From Somniosus microcephalus (Eukaryota): DNA of 64,000 bases. Below the pieces are notes generated by a model. The model was given only the letters and a program-made list of their open reading frames with translations. It had not been told where the DNA came from and did no database searches. The stretch covers positions 20,522,001 to 20,586,000 of the forward strand of contig JBMRGM010000039.1 in the NCBI GenBank assembly GCA_052327205.1, read 5' to 3'. This document shows, piece after piece, positions 46,993 through 58,759 of the stretch. How positions within the stretch are numbered: the stretch's first letter is position 1; the number at the start of each line of letters is the position of its first letter. The position numbers and the translations under genes are program-made.

Positions 46993-49900
46993 CTAGCTGA
47001 AGTGCCCGGCGGTGCCGAGGGTCGTTTGAGGGCATGTTGTTGTTGGAAGAGAGAGAGAGGGAGTGACTGGGGGGAAGAGAGAGATTGACTGGGGGGGGAA
47101 GAGAGAGAACGACTGGGGGGAAGAGAGAGAGCGACTGGAGGGGAGAGAGAGAGCGACTTGGGGGGAGGAGAGAGAGTGACTGGGGGGAAGAGAGAGAGCG
47201 ACTGGGGGGAAGAGAGAGCACGACTCGGGGGAAGAGAGAGAACGACTGGGGGGGAAGAGAGAGAGCAACTGGGGGAAGAGAGAGAGCGACTGGGGGGAAG
47301 ATGAGAGCGCGACTGGGGGGAAGAGAGAGAGCGACTGGGGGGAAGAGAGAGAGCGACTGGGGGGAGGATAGAGAGCGACTGGGGGGGAAGGGAGAGAGCG
47401 GCTAGGGGGGAAGAGAGAGAGTGACTGGGGGGAAGAGACAGAGCGACTGCGGGGGAAGAGAGAGAGCGACTGGGGGGAAGAGAGAGATGACTGGGGGGGA
47501 AGAGAGAGAGCGACTGGGGGGCAAGAGAGAGAGCGACTGGGGGGGAAGGAGAGAGCGACTGGGGGGGAAGAGAGAGAGCGACTGGGGGGAAGACAGAGAG
47601 CAACTGGGGGGGAAGAGAGAGAGCGACTGGGGGGGAAGAGGTAGAGCGAGTGGGGTGGAAGAGTGGGAGCGACTGGGGGGGGAAAGAGAGCGCTACTGGG
47701 GGGGAAGAGAGAGAGCGACTGGGGGGGAAGAGAGAGAGCGACTGGGGAAGGGAGAGAGCGACTGGGGGGAAGAGATAGAGCGACTGGGGTGGAAAGAGAG
47801 AGAGCGAGCGACCGGGGGGGAAGAGAGAGAGCGAGCGACTGGGGGGGAAGAGAGAGAGCGAGTGATTGTGGGGGGGGTAGCGAGAGAGCGACTGAGGGGG
47901 AAGAGAGAGAGTGAGGGGGGAAGAGAGAGAGTGACTGGGGTGAAGAGAGAGAGCGATGGGGGGGAAAGAGAGAGCGGCAGCGGGGAAGAGAGAGAGCGAC
48001 TGGGGGAAGAAAGAGAGCGACTGGGGTAAAGAGAGAGAGCGACTGGGGGGTAAGAGAGAGAGCAACTGGGGTGGAAGAGAGAGAGCGACTGTGGAGGAAG
48101 AGAGAGAACGACTGTGGGGGAAGAGAGAGAGCGACTGGGGGGGAAGAGAGAGAGCGACTTGAGTGGAAGAGAGAGAGCGACTGGGGGGAAGAGAGAGAGC
48201 GACTGTGGGGAAGAGAGAGAGCAACTGGGGGGAAGAGTGAGTGCGACGGGGGGAAGAGAGAGAGCGACTGGGGGGAGGAGAGAGAGCGACTGGGGGAAGA
48301 GAGAGAGCGACGGGGGGGAAGAGAGAGCAACTGGGGTGGAACGAGAGAGAGCGAGCGACCGGGGGCGGGGAAGAGAGAGCGCGAGCGACTGGGGGGAAGA
48401 GAGAGAGCGAGCGATTGTGTTGGGAAGAGAGAGACCATTAGGGGGGGAAGAGAGAGAGCGACGGGGGGAGAGAGAGCGACGGGGGGGGAAGAGAGAGAGC
48501 GACGGGGGAAGAGAGAGAGCGACGGGGGGTAAGAGAGAGACTGACGGGGGGAAGAGAGAGAGCGACGGGGAAGAGAGAGACGGGGTGTGTAGAGCGAGAG
48601 AGAGGGAAGGAGAGAGGAAGGAAAGAGAGAGAGAGGGATGGAGAGAGAATGNNNNNNNNNNNNNNNNNNNNNNNNNNNNNNNNNNNNNNNNNNNNNNNNN
48701 NNNNNNNNNNNNNNNNNNNNNNNNNNNNNNNNNNNNNNNNNNNNNNNNNNNNNNNNNNNNNNNNNNNNNNNNNNNNNNNNNNNNNNNNNNNNNNNNNNNN
48801 NNNNNNNNNNNNNAGGGAAAGCAAAGGAGGGAGAGAGGGAATGAGAGGGAGAGAGAGGGAGACAGAGACAGGGAGGGAGAGAGAGAGACAGAGAGGGCAG
48901 GAGAGAAAGGAGAAAGTGGTGGGGGCGCATGGGGTGGGAGAGCAAGGGGTGGGGGAGCAAGGGATGAGGGAGAAAGGGGTGGTTGGGTCAGAAAGAGGTG
49001 TGTGGGCTGTGGGAGGGGTGGGGGCGGGTGTGGGGGGTGTGGGGGGGAAGTGGTTATGGGGGAAGGGTTGTGGAGGGGTGAAGTGGGGTGCTGGGGGGAA
49101 GATGGGGGGGAAGGGGTGGTGGGGGTGTGGTGGGGGAAGGGTGGAAAGGGAGGGGGAGAGGGATGGGTGGGGGGGAAGGGACGGGGGGAAGGGGGGGAAA
49201 GGCAGAGGGGGGAACGGAGGGGGGAAGGGTGGGGAAAGGGATGGGGGAGAGGGAGGGGAGGGGGCAAAGGGAGGGGGGAAGGGGGGAAGGAAGATGGGGT
49301 AGGGAGAGTGGATGGGGGCGAAAGGGAGGGGGGAGAGGGAGGGGAGGGGGAAAGGGAGGGGGGGAAAGGGGGGGAAAGGGAGGGGTAGGAAGGGGGTAAA
49401 GGGAGGGGGCGGGGAAAGGGAGGTGGCAAAGGGAGCGGGGGAGCAAGGGCTGGGGAAACATGAAACTTAAAGTACTTCTAAAATATTTTTGGTATATCTT
49501 TCTATAACATACACTTTACAACCTCACCAATCTTTTTAGTACAAAAGAGGTCCTCACCTCTCAGTGTGTTGTATCACAAACAATGGCCGCCGCTTGCATT
49601 TCAGTTGGAAAGATTAGGATCCGCCCACACAGTCCATTTTCTGTCTCGTTCACCAGGACCCGATTTGGAGCACAGAAGCCCCACCCACTCTATGTGCCTG
49701 TACTAAGATGGCCGTGCATGCACTCTGTTACACACTTAATCAAAATGGCGTCGCACTGAGACTTTTCGCCCTCCTTGACAAAGATGGCTGCCGTTAACCT
49801 GGGGCTGTCAGCAGAAGAAAATTCCTCAGCTGCAAACACAGGATCTTCAGATTATAATTCGGGGCTTGCGACCTACCCCAGTTGCTTATGAAGTCTCCCC

Positions 49901-50112
49901 ACCTACTGACCCCGGGAATGGAGCTGAGGCAGCACACCCTCTCCCCTCTGCCAGTGTTTGTCTCTGTCTAGGCAGGGAGCCTGGGACTAGAGTTGCGCTG
50001 CTGGCTGTTGGAGAAGCCTAGGCCCCGGGTCTGGAGAAACGGTGAAAAGTAGGAGAATTATAGAGGTTAGAGAAAAGATTTACAAATTAATTAACTTTTT
50101 TATAAAACAATA
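46993..50112 (-). mobile_element. Helitron copy A4, inverted and 5'-truncated (contains gap 48652-48813)
   Basis: Reverse complement of the A 3' end (hairpin plus CTAG at 46993-46996); homology to A stops at about 50112. Confidence 0.85.
48652..48813. other. Assembly gap (162 N)
   Basis: Run of N. Confidence 1.
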
Positions 50113-50330
50113 AGTTTTTGAAATATTTTTGTGTCCGCTTTTATGTTAGCCGCTAATTTATTCTCATAAATTCTCTTTTACTCCCAGTTCTCCTGTCTAC
50201 TTTTAGTATTCAGCTTGTATCTACATTGAATTACGAGGCTGTCGTTTAGCATAAACTTCCTTCTTTCTGTTTCCTTTTAATGTTTCTCTACTCATCCAGA
50301 TGAGCTCGAGCTTTGGATGCTATTTTTTTT
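50113..50330 (-). mobile_element. CR1 ORF2 fragment
   Basis: Minus strand reads YENKLAANIKADTKIF, homologous to YESKLAKNI in the other CR1 copies. Confidence 0.6.
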
Positions 50331-50666
50331 CTATTTTTGTGAATGGGATCATTGACTGAAATAATATGTTGTACACTCTGCTGATGTTTCTCCTTGGGGT
50401 TGTAATTTTTACATATGTCAATACACACATACACACAAATATATTTGTGGATTAAAAATCTGTGTCACTTTGTTTCACTTAGGAAGACGATTGTCCAAAC
50501 CCGAAACAATTACCCTTATTCTTTCTGACCTGTTGTGTATTTCCACCAGTTTTGGGGTTTTATTTCACATTTACTTTGTTTTGTTTGTTGTTATATTCCA
50601 GTTTATTAAAACACCAGAAAGGTAAGAGTACATTACAATTTATTACAGAATACAGCAGGTCACTGG

Positions 50667-50953
50667 GAATCACAGAATCACAGAATCTCAGAAACCCCAC
50701 AGTGCAGATAGAGGCCATTTCGGCCCATCGAGCCTGCACCGACACATATCCCACCCGATCCCCGTAACCCCTACACCAACACAAATCCCACCCTATCCCC
50801 ATAACCCCACGTATTTAATCCCCCCTAACACTAAGGGTCAATTTTTATCATAGCCAATCATCCAAACCCGCACATCTTTGGACTGTGGGAGGAAACTGGA
50901 GCACCCAGAGGAAACCCACGCAAACACGGGGAGAATGTGCAAACTCCACACAG
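50667..50953 (-). mobile_element. HE1/V-SINE-like SINE
   Basis: V-domain-like tgtgggaggaaactggagcacccagaggaaacccacgcaaacacggggagaatgtgcaaactccacacag plus a CR1-like tail. Confidence 0.8.
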
Positions 50954-51519
50954 TTACACTTTGAACAGATCAGCTGGTAAACCTGATGTTTAAGTGATGG
51001 ATAGGGTCAGTTTAGCAGACTGGGTGATTTCATTATGCAACTTCCAGGCATCACCTTTACAACTGTCAAAATTAAACCCAACAGTGTGTTATCCCAGAAC
51101 GTACAATAACTGGCCCACCTGCTTCACCTGCTGCTGTTCTGCTAGTCTGCACTCCCACACTCCAGGCTGATTACGAGGAGAGTTTGAAAAATATTATCTA
51201 GCGTTTAATGTGTTTTAATCTGTCTCTACCGCCCTGTTTGTATTTGTGTCTGTCTGTCTTTCATAGTCTCTGTCTCTCTGTTGTATAACTGTTAATCTCA
51301 GTCTGCTTCTCTCTAATTATTACAATTTTCTTTTAATTTCTGTCTATCGCTTTGTCATTTCTCTTTTTATGTCAGCCTTTGCTTTCTCTTTCTCTCTCTC
51401 TATCTCACTCTGTATCTCTATGTTGCTGCATAGAATCTTATTGCATAGCATTCGGCCGTTCGGCCCATCCTGCCTCTGCCGACCCTGTGAAAGAACTCTC
51501 CAATTGTCCCACTCCTCGA

Positions 51520-52551
51520 TAGCAAAATACTGCAGATGATGGAAATCCGAAATATCAACAGAAAATGCCTGAATAATTCAGCAGGTCAGGCAACATCAGT
51601 GGAGAGAAATTTGAGTTGATGTTTCGGCTCGAAACCCTTCCTCAAAACTGGAAAGAAAATGAAATAGACCGAAGGCAGGGCTGCGATTGGAGAAAAGAAA
51701 GAAAGAGGCAATAAAAGTTATTTGTAACCAGACGAGATGGTATTAGGCTGAGATTAGGTGTGAAGTGTGCTGGCAGGATAAGAGATAGCTGCCAGGAGGT
51801 TGAGAGAAACAAAAGGAAAGGGGGAGGGGGAGGAAAGGAAGACCCAAAACAAAGGGGTGGAAAAAAATATAAGTAAAAAAGTCATAGGGACCGAGGTTAT
51901 GCTCTGAAATTGTTGAACTCGATATTGAGACCGGAAGGCTGCAAAGTGCCTAATCGGAAGATGAGGTGCTGTTCCTCGAGTTTACGTTGAGCTTCCGTGG
52001 AACAATACAAGAGGCCAAGGACGGTGAGGTCCGAGTGGGAATGGAGCGGTGAATTAAAATGACAGGCGGCCGGAAGCTCGGGGTCACCTTTATGGACTGA
52101 ACGGAGGTGTTCCACAAAGCGGTCACCCAATCTGCTTTTGGTCTCCCCAGTGTAGATGAGACTGCATCGTGAGCAGCGAATACATTACACTAGATTGCAA
52201 GAAGTACAAGTAAATCGCTGTTTCACCTGAAAGGGGTGTTTGGGGCCCTGGACAGTGGGAAGGGGGTAGGTATAGGGGCAGGTGTTACATCTCCTGCGCT
52301 TGCACGGGAAGGGGCCAGGCGAAGGGGAAGGGCTGTTTGGGGTGATAGTGGAGTGGACTAAGGTGTCTCGGAGGAAGCGGTCCCTACGGAATGCTTAAAG
52401 GGGAGGGGAGGGGAAGATGCCTTTGGTTGTGGGCTCATTTTGGAGGTAGCGGAAATCACTACAAGCCCACTGACTCCCACAGCTACCTGGACTACACTTC
52501 CTCCCACGCCGCCTCCTGTAAGGACTCTATTCCATTCTTCCAGTTGCTCCG
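51520..52551 (-). mobile_element. Penelope-like element 3' part with an inverted upstream segment
   Basis: GIY-YIG end in ORF 51897-52130 (-); segment 52458-52551 (+) encodes YKPTDSHSYLDYTSSH..SCKDSIPF.QLLR. Confidence 0.82.
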
Positions 52552-53050
52552 ATTTTCTAGCCGTGATAGTTTTGTCAAACGAGATTTCCCTTTCATAAAA
52601 CCGTGTGGACGCTGCCTTGTCACATTTTAATTTTCCAAGTGCCCTGTTACAAAGTCCTTAATAACAGATTCTAGCAATTTCCCTATTATTGATGTCAGGC
52701 TAACTGGCTTTTAGATCCTTGTTTTCCCTCTCTCCTTTTGTTACAGTTTGGTTACATTTGCTACCTTCCAATCCACGAGCATCTTTCTAGAACCTAGGGA
52801 TTTCTGGAACATCAAAACCAATGCATCAACTATCTCTGCAGCCTCCCCTTTTAAAACACAAGTATATCGGCCACCAGGTCCAGGAGATTTGTCATCTTTT
52901 AGTCCCATTAATTTCTCTATTACTTTTCATTTACTAATATTAATTACTTTAAGTTCCTCACACTCGTTAGACCCTTTGTTCCCCTCAATTTCCATTGTGT
53001 TTTTGTGTCTTCTACTGTGAAGGCAGAAACAAGATATTTGTGTAAAATAT
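52552..53050 (-). mobile_element. CR1 ORF2 fragment
   Basis: Homologous to 25150-25640 (SPGPDG and FTVEDT regions). Confidence 0.7.
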
Positions 53051-54054
53051 CTCTTTTTGTAATTTCCCCTGCGTGTCTGTTTGATTCCTGTATAACTTTC
53101 CCTCTGCCTCTCAGTTTATTTCTCCATGTGCCTAACAATTTATCTCAACTTTCTCTTTCTCACAAACTCCCTCTTTCTCTTAATCTGTGTTACACCTTTT
53201 GTGTTCTTTAATATATGCATGTGCCTTTCCTGTTGAAGCTTTCCCCCGTGTATTTTTATTAAATTCTATTTTTCTCTTTCTATTTTTCTGCAGCTCATCT
53301 TTTGCCGGTTCCTCTCGCTGCCTTCTCAGTGTTTCTACCCGTTAATTTCTCACTCTCTCCCTCTTTTGGTCTATTCCGTTTTCTCCCTTTTCTCTCTCTA
53401 TCCATTTCACCATCAGCAGCTCATACTCTTTGCTTCTTTAAATATTTCCATTGGTTTCTTTCTTTAACTTGTTTTCTCTGCCACTCTACGCTCTGTAATC
53501 ACTTTCACTTTCTGTTTCACTAAGTTTCCTTTCTGTCTCTCTCTTCTATTCATAGTTCTGTTCTCTGTTTCTCTCTCTGCTTGCGGCTCTCACTATCTCT
53601 CATTTCCAGTAGTTACCTGCCTCTATCTGTATGTTCATCTCTCTAAGTAACTCTCTCTCTCTCACTGTCTTTGCCTTCCTCTGTCTATCTCTCTATATAT
53701 CAATGTATATCTAGCTCTCCTTTTATGTGGAGTGCTCCCAGTCTGATCAGGCCCACAGCAGCGACTGTGATTTGCGGGTTTGCCCATTGTGCTGCCGGTG
53801 CAGGTCGGGCCGTTTACCGGAAGTCCAGCTGAGCTCTTTAGTGCCGCCTTTTTGAGCAACAATTCATGTGACGTCTGCAGGTCATCTGAACTATTGTCGC
53901 CTCAATAGGTCTGATCATCAATACAATATAATATCACATTTAAGATAATGTCTGGGCTGTCTGCTGTTAATTTGTAATTATGTTTCTGCCCAGTGTGAAA
54001 TGGGGTAAATGGGGGATGAAATGGGATTGTGTTCTATTGCTTGAAAGCCTTCAG

Positions 54055-54959
54055 CTATGATTTAACTAATTTTACAATTAGATTGAATGGGTATTTCACT
54101 GCGTTCCTCAGCTCCTCTCTGAATTTAGTCTGGGTCACAGCGTAAATACACGTGTTGGTGCAGGAACTGAGAAGCTGCAGCATTGTTGCTGTGTGTTCTG
54201 TGATAAAAAGAGGGTCAGTGTAGGAGTAATAAAACCGAATATCTGCAATTCGCGCATAAATATTACACAAAACCTGGCTCACCCATAACAATATAAAACT
54301 GCCAGATATACTGAAGAGTAAAACGATGGATTTCCTTCGATTCTCCATCTCTCGGTCCTTGTGATTCTCTCCATCGCTGTGGCCCCGGAGTCCCCTGCGG
54401 ACTCTACTGGCCGCTAAAATACGTGTGACCATCAGAGCATTTAGCAGCAAAATCAGAAAGAACGGGACACAAGGGGTTAAAATGAGGTGAAACAACTCAA
54501 AGGCTCCCCATAAGGGGGAAGTAAAGAAGCTCGGTTTAGGAATACAACCCCAGGGCACTTCAGCTATTGTACGCTTAGGTTCATATTTGAAGAACCAGGG
54601 GACAGATTCTAAACAGCCCAGCACACTCACTGTTCCGATAACCACAGCCGCCGTTTGCTCGGTGCAATATTTTGTTTTCAGCTTCTCACAACAAATGGCC
54701 ACAAATCGATCAAAAGTGAAAGCGACTGTGAGCCACACAGAAACCACCGTGGACGCAGAAATCAGGATAAAAATGAGACTACACACGGAAGTAATGTGCA
54801 CGAATAAATCTGGGAAATAGATCTGACCAATCCAACTCAATATGGGATCAGAGATAACGACCAGGAGATCGGCCGCAGCCATTCCCACCAGGTAGCGAGT
54901 GATACATTTGGTGAGACCGCACTTTCCTCGGGACAGGATCACAATCGCCACCAGGTTAA
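54055..54959 (-). CDS. Class A orphan GPCR, GPR139/GPR142-like, main coding exon
   Basis: Intact frame with VNL, MAAADL, FTFDRFVAIC, RRKSI and SSCTNTCIY; acceptor ctctctcttacag at the same phase-1 position as the first GPCR. Confidence 0.9.
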
Positions 54960-55569
54960 CTGTAAGAGAGAGAAAAGGGAAGCAGATAAATTGCTGATCA
55001 GACCTGGAGCCAAAGCAGCAGTTTGACGGGCTCTGGGTGAACATTCCAGCTTTGTTGCTGCATCGAGCGGTGGATACCGGTTCATTGACCTGGGCAGCGC
55101 TTTCGGGCAGAGAAATGTTTTCAAACATGATTATCGATAATACATTGGGAAATCGATGCAGAAAGTGAATAAAGTGAGCACCGGATCCACTGGAATTGCC
55201 AAGTCAAGGGTGCAGTGCTGGTGGGGAAGGGAGGAGGGATTTTACAGAGCCAGAATCCAAAGTGTTAAATACAGATTTGGGCTCCTGACTGAAAGCTGGG
55301 AAGGTGCGGGGACAGAGAGAGGTGCTGCTGATTTGTTGCCCTGGATTAAGAGAGCCGACAAGGGCTGGCACTAAACGGTAAATGCCGAGAGCCGCTGAGT
55401 TTGAGGCTTCGGATGGATTGAAAGCGGCAGCTGAAGGGCGAGCCAGTGAGTGAGAGTGGGAGGGAGACAAGGTGAAGGGCATGTGGGAGTTGGACGGGAG
55501 TCAGGGGCTGAAGGTTTAGGAAAGCACATAAACTGAAACAACGGAAGAGGAGACAGAGATTCACTGCCA

Positions 55570-55710
55570 GGGGAGGAGAGGCTTGGATTCGCAGGAAGAG
55601 ACCGTGGCAGATTGTTAGAGGAAATTTGGATGATCAGCCATGATCTCATTGAATAGCAGGGCAGGCTCGAGAGGCCGAATGGCCTACTCCTGCTCCTACC
55701 TTCTATGTTT
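55570..55710 (+). repeat. CR1-tail-bearing short repeat
   Basis: gatcagccatgatctcattgaat...ggccgaatggcctactcctgctcc. Confidence 0.65.
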
Positions 55711-55816
55711 GCATGAAATCTAATACATAGATCGCAGTTACACAACTCAATTCATACATTCACCCATTAATTTATGTGGTTAATGATGTCATGTAATAGC
55801 TCGCTGGGGACATACT

Positions 55817-56579
55817 GGGCCAGAAATTAGGATCGGGTGCTTGCCGCGTGTGCAAGCCCCCGATCTGCACTCACCCTGCGCGCTGACATCTGAAGCCCGG
55901 GCCTGCTTGCATTTCCTGTCACTGGCCCGGTTCAGATGTCGGCGCGATGTGCTTACCTGATCCAGCGGCGTAGTTAGTGCGATGTGCAGGCTGGGATCAG
56001 GTGAGCACTCTGCAGCCAATCAGGGGAGGGGAAACTCATTCATGAGTTTGATAGTAAAGACTTTCAATCTCATGAAAAGTACGGGCGCCCAAAAGACTAG
56101 TTTAACTTTAATTAAAATTTTAAAAAACATTCTAATTATTAAATAAACTATAAATAACTTTACAAAACTATTTAAAACAATTAATAAAATTTTTGAAAAC
56201 ATTTTTTTTACGAATTCGGGTCTAACAGTAAACTTACCTTACTGTAAAGTCCTTAAAAATAATGAAGCTGTGGAAAAAATGTAATAATTTTAAATAATAG
56301 ACCACTTACCTTGTAGAATCCACTCCTTACGCCTCCTTTTTACATTTCCAAAAAGTTCAGGCCCTTGCACACGCGCAAACCTGGCCAAATGATGAAAGTT
56401 CAATGCGTGCGCGCAGAGTCCTGCATGCACGTGTTGGACCTCTTAACCCCTTAGTTCGATGGAGAGGAAATGCCGGTTTCCTGCGCATGCGCTGTGCATG
56501 CTGGAATCCGGCACTTCCAATGGGCCCACGCATGAGTACACCGTCCGTACTCACGCGTTGGGACCGGAATTACTGGCCC
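55817..56579. mobile_element. Harbinger-type MITE
   Basis: TIRs GGGCCAGAAATT / AATTACTGGCCC; GC-rich arms around an AT-rich centre. Confidence 0.8.
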
Positions 56580-56784
56580 AATGTGTTCTCTAAAGTTACT
56601 TTGCAGATTCAATAAAAATTACATTAAAAATGTAATAATTTAACCAGCTTCGCTTTTAGTGAATTTTCTTCACACCGAGTTTTTAAAATGGATTATCCTC
56701 ATGATGATCAATAAATGCCTTATTCTATTTTTCAATACCTTTCAATTATATTTTAATTTATACAGTTAATAAGCTTCAGCACAA

Positions 56785-56935
56785 TAGCAAAGTACTGCAG
56801 ACGCAGGAAATCTGAAACAGCAACAGAAATGCTGGAAATACTCAGTTCTGATGACCTGTTATCGACCTGAAATGTTAACTCTGCATCTGTCTCTACGATG
56901 CTGCCTGACCTGCAGTGTGTTTCCAGAATAGGTTT
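56785..56935. repeat. Penelope-tail-related repeat, with two halves in opposite orientation
   Basis: actgcagacgcaggaaatctga..gctggaaatactcag followed by gatgctgcctgacctg. Confidence 0.55.
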
Positions 56936-58759
56936 CAGCTGCTCATTCCGATTAATTATTCACACTGCTTTCGCTGTCTCTCTCCCTTCATTCTACCTGT
57001 CGTTTTCCTTCTAGGTCTGTTTGTCGATTGCTCCAATCTATCTCCCTGCAATATCTCAGCTCTCTCTCAATGCCCCTTTTTAAATCGGATTCAATCCTAA
57101 CATCTTGCATCTGAATTCTGTTCAACATTCCCATGTTCAATGATAGTTTTCTTCGCGTCAGTTTGTTCAATGTTGTAGACTCCGTGAATATTTTAATATT
57201 TCTACAGATCACTGAAGTCTCCACTTGTTCGCCTTCACCTTATCTGCAATGCCTGCAATAAACAGAATCTAATGTCTCTTCCAGATAGACCCGACAATAA
57301 TTGATGACCCATCTCCTGTAATTATAATGTACAGCGTTAGATGGCGCGATTGTTGAATTAACAAATGCCAACATCACCACTGCTCCTTATAATCTCCAGA
57401 TCAATAGGAGGGCTCCTGATTCCAACAGACACACTGCAAACTGACACAGCATAACCTCAAAATATTTAATTTTACAATGATATCCAGCAACAGTCAGTGA
57501 ATCCATCCACATTGAAGCAGAGAAGGCGATGTGAAAGAGTCGGCAGCAATCTCAGTTCAGTCGCCAGACCTCTGAAACGGCGTCAGATACACACACAGCA
57601 AAATAATATTACATAACAGTGATAAACATTACACACATTGAACTCCCAGTTAAACAGAACCATGTTATTGGGTGGTGGGGGGTAGGACATTGCACCGCCT
57701 CCTTGGAAAATTGAGACCGTGAGCTGTCTCATTACTAATCACTGAAAACACATTCATGAAAAAAATATTCCAGGACAGATTACTTCCACAACATGAAACT
57801 GTGAACAACTTCTGATGGTTTGATTCCTGCTTTTAGCTCTGTCTCCAATACAGGCAGTGCAGAGAATAAACCAGTTACTCTGCCAGGGTTGGATAAACAA
57901 ATCTCATTACGGATATAACGCAGCTATTACAAGACTTTAGAAACATTGGACAATCCCTCATTCAACTGATAGAGCATAACAGGTGGTTGTGTAAAACATG
58001 CATCTAGAAATCATTGGCCAAGTCCAGCAGCACATTTGCCACCGATTTAATCATTACGAGCTAAGATAACGGCTCACCAGAAACTCCAACGGCTGCAATA
58101 ACAGGATAGTAGATGTCTTCTATCTGATAGACTACTGGATATCCCATTTCAGTGAAAAGGGTTGACTTTTGTTGGACTGGAACCCACAGTTCTGGCAGGC
58201 ACTCTGAGCTGATACATTGCAATGGGCCCTGATTTATACAGGGGATAAGTCTCCACTGACACTGTTATACCCCTGATCATTGCTATTAGTAACAGTCACT
58301 TGAACAAACACATAACATCAAGACCTATGAGTCTGATGTAACTACAGTGTTGGATAAAACACAAACAACTCAAAGTCAAGGGCATTATCTTAATCAGACC
58401 TGTCTGGGGAATAAGGCTGAAAGCTGTGCTCATTCAGGACTGATCCAAAAAATGAATGGCTTCATTTACAGTTTTTATGAAATTGTATTAACCATGTTCA
58501 CTCCTACTGATTCATTTATAAATGTTATTCATTTCTCCGCAGTGTATATAGAATCCAGGGACACAAGCAGACCCCTTTCACTCTGTCCCTGCAGATTCCC
58601 AACTAAAATATGATGTTTCAGTCCCTAGCACAAGGACAGTTAAAGACGATGTTCAGGCTTGGAGCCTAGAATTTATTGTGTGATATTAGGGGGCGGACAC
58701 TGTACGTGCCTCATTGACACTCCTCTCTCCACTATTTTACTGCAGATGTTTAGTATTTA

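Noticed and set aside
37251-49461. Long ORFs rich in S/L/P or G/R/E (up to 655 aa)
   Set aside because: Artefacts of stop-free minisatellite and C/G tracts, some spanning N gaps
53050-53700. Pyrimidine-rich region downstream of GPCR 2
   Set aside because: Degenerate low-complexity sequence with no definable unit or structure
57239-57312. Minus-strand ATG...AG|GTGAAG mini-exon as the first exon of GPCR 2
   Set aside because: At 74 nt it gives phase 2 whereas phase 1 is needed, and it has no TM1-like sequence
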